Shown here: piece after piece, positions 63,926-64,000 of the stretch
How the letters are laid out: every line of letters starts with the position of its first letter
Position numbering within the stretch: the stretch's first letter is position 1
Virus record (IMG/VR): IMGVR_UViG_3300047445_000153
Coordinates: 17,906-81,905 of that record
DNA from: a virus
Strand: one strand, 5' to 3'
DNA: 64,000 nucleotides
Made by a program: the position numbers and the translations under genes
The notes under the pieces: generated by a model
The model's input: the letters and a program-made list of their open reading frames with translations, nothing else
The model's database searches: none
What the model was told of the DNA's origin: nothing

Positions 63926-64000
63926 TGATCGGCTCCAGTGGCAGATGAAGGGACGCCGTCGAGAACTCATCGAGGGTGTCGCGGATGATGCGGGCGTTGC

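Overview
64 kb of a GC-rich, siphovirus-like phage-plasmid, probably from a betaproteobacterial (Burkholderiales-like) host; the host is an inference from composition and the Bv3F-type H-NS. Left arm (+ strand, 0.2-24.3 kb): lambda-like tail module (tube, frameshifted chaperones, 1991-aa tape measure with a transglycosylase domain, M/L/K/I/J-like tip genes), a tail-fibre operon, a lysis cassette (GH19 endolysin, two membrane/holin genes, nested spanins) and a 1405-aa beta-helix + SGNH fibre. Centre (24.5-27.3 kb): type Ib parA/parB, an iteron origin with DnaA boxes, a Rep_3 initiator and an H-NS. Right arm (- strand, 27.2-64 kb): nucleotide metabolism (ThyX, dNMP kinase, two MazG-like proteins), SbcCD, resolvase, ligase, family A polymerase, 5'-3' exonuclease, helicase, ArdA, a second H-NS and many small early-type genes. 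The best candidate for an undescribed system is the promoter-to-terminator operon at 14.1-18.2 kb. There a tail fibre ends in N-C-N-C-N-C-A-C-T-C, the last Cys starts a Hint domain that lacks the splicing Asn, and overlapping genes link it to a radical SAM/SPASM enzyme, suggesting RiPP-like maturation of a virion fibre. The second candidate is a dispersed family of stem-loops with different stems but a conserved CCACCAC loop in mRNA leaders, alongside two palindromic operator families. All functional calls come from motifs recognised by eye; no searches were run.
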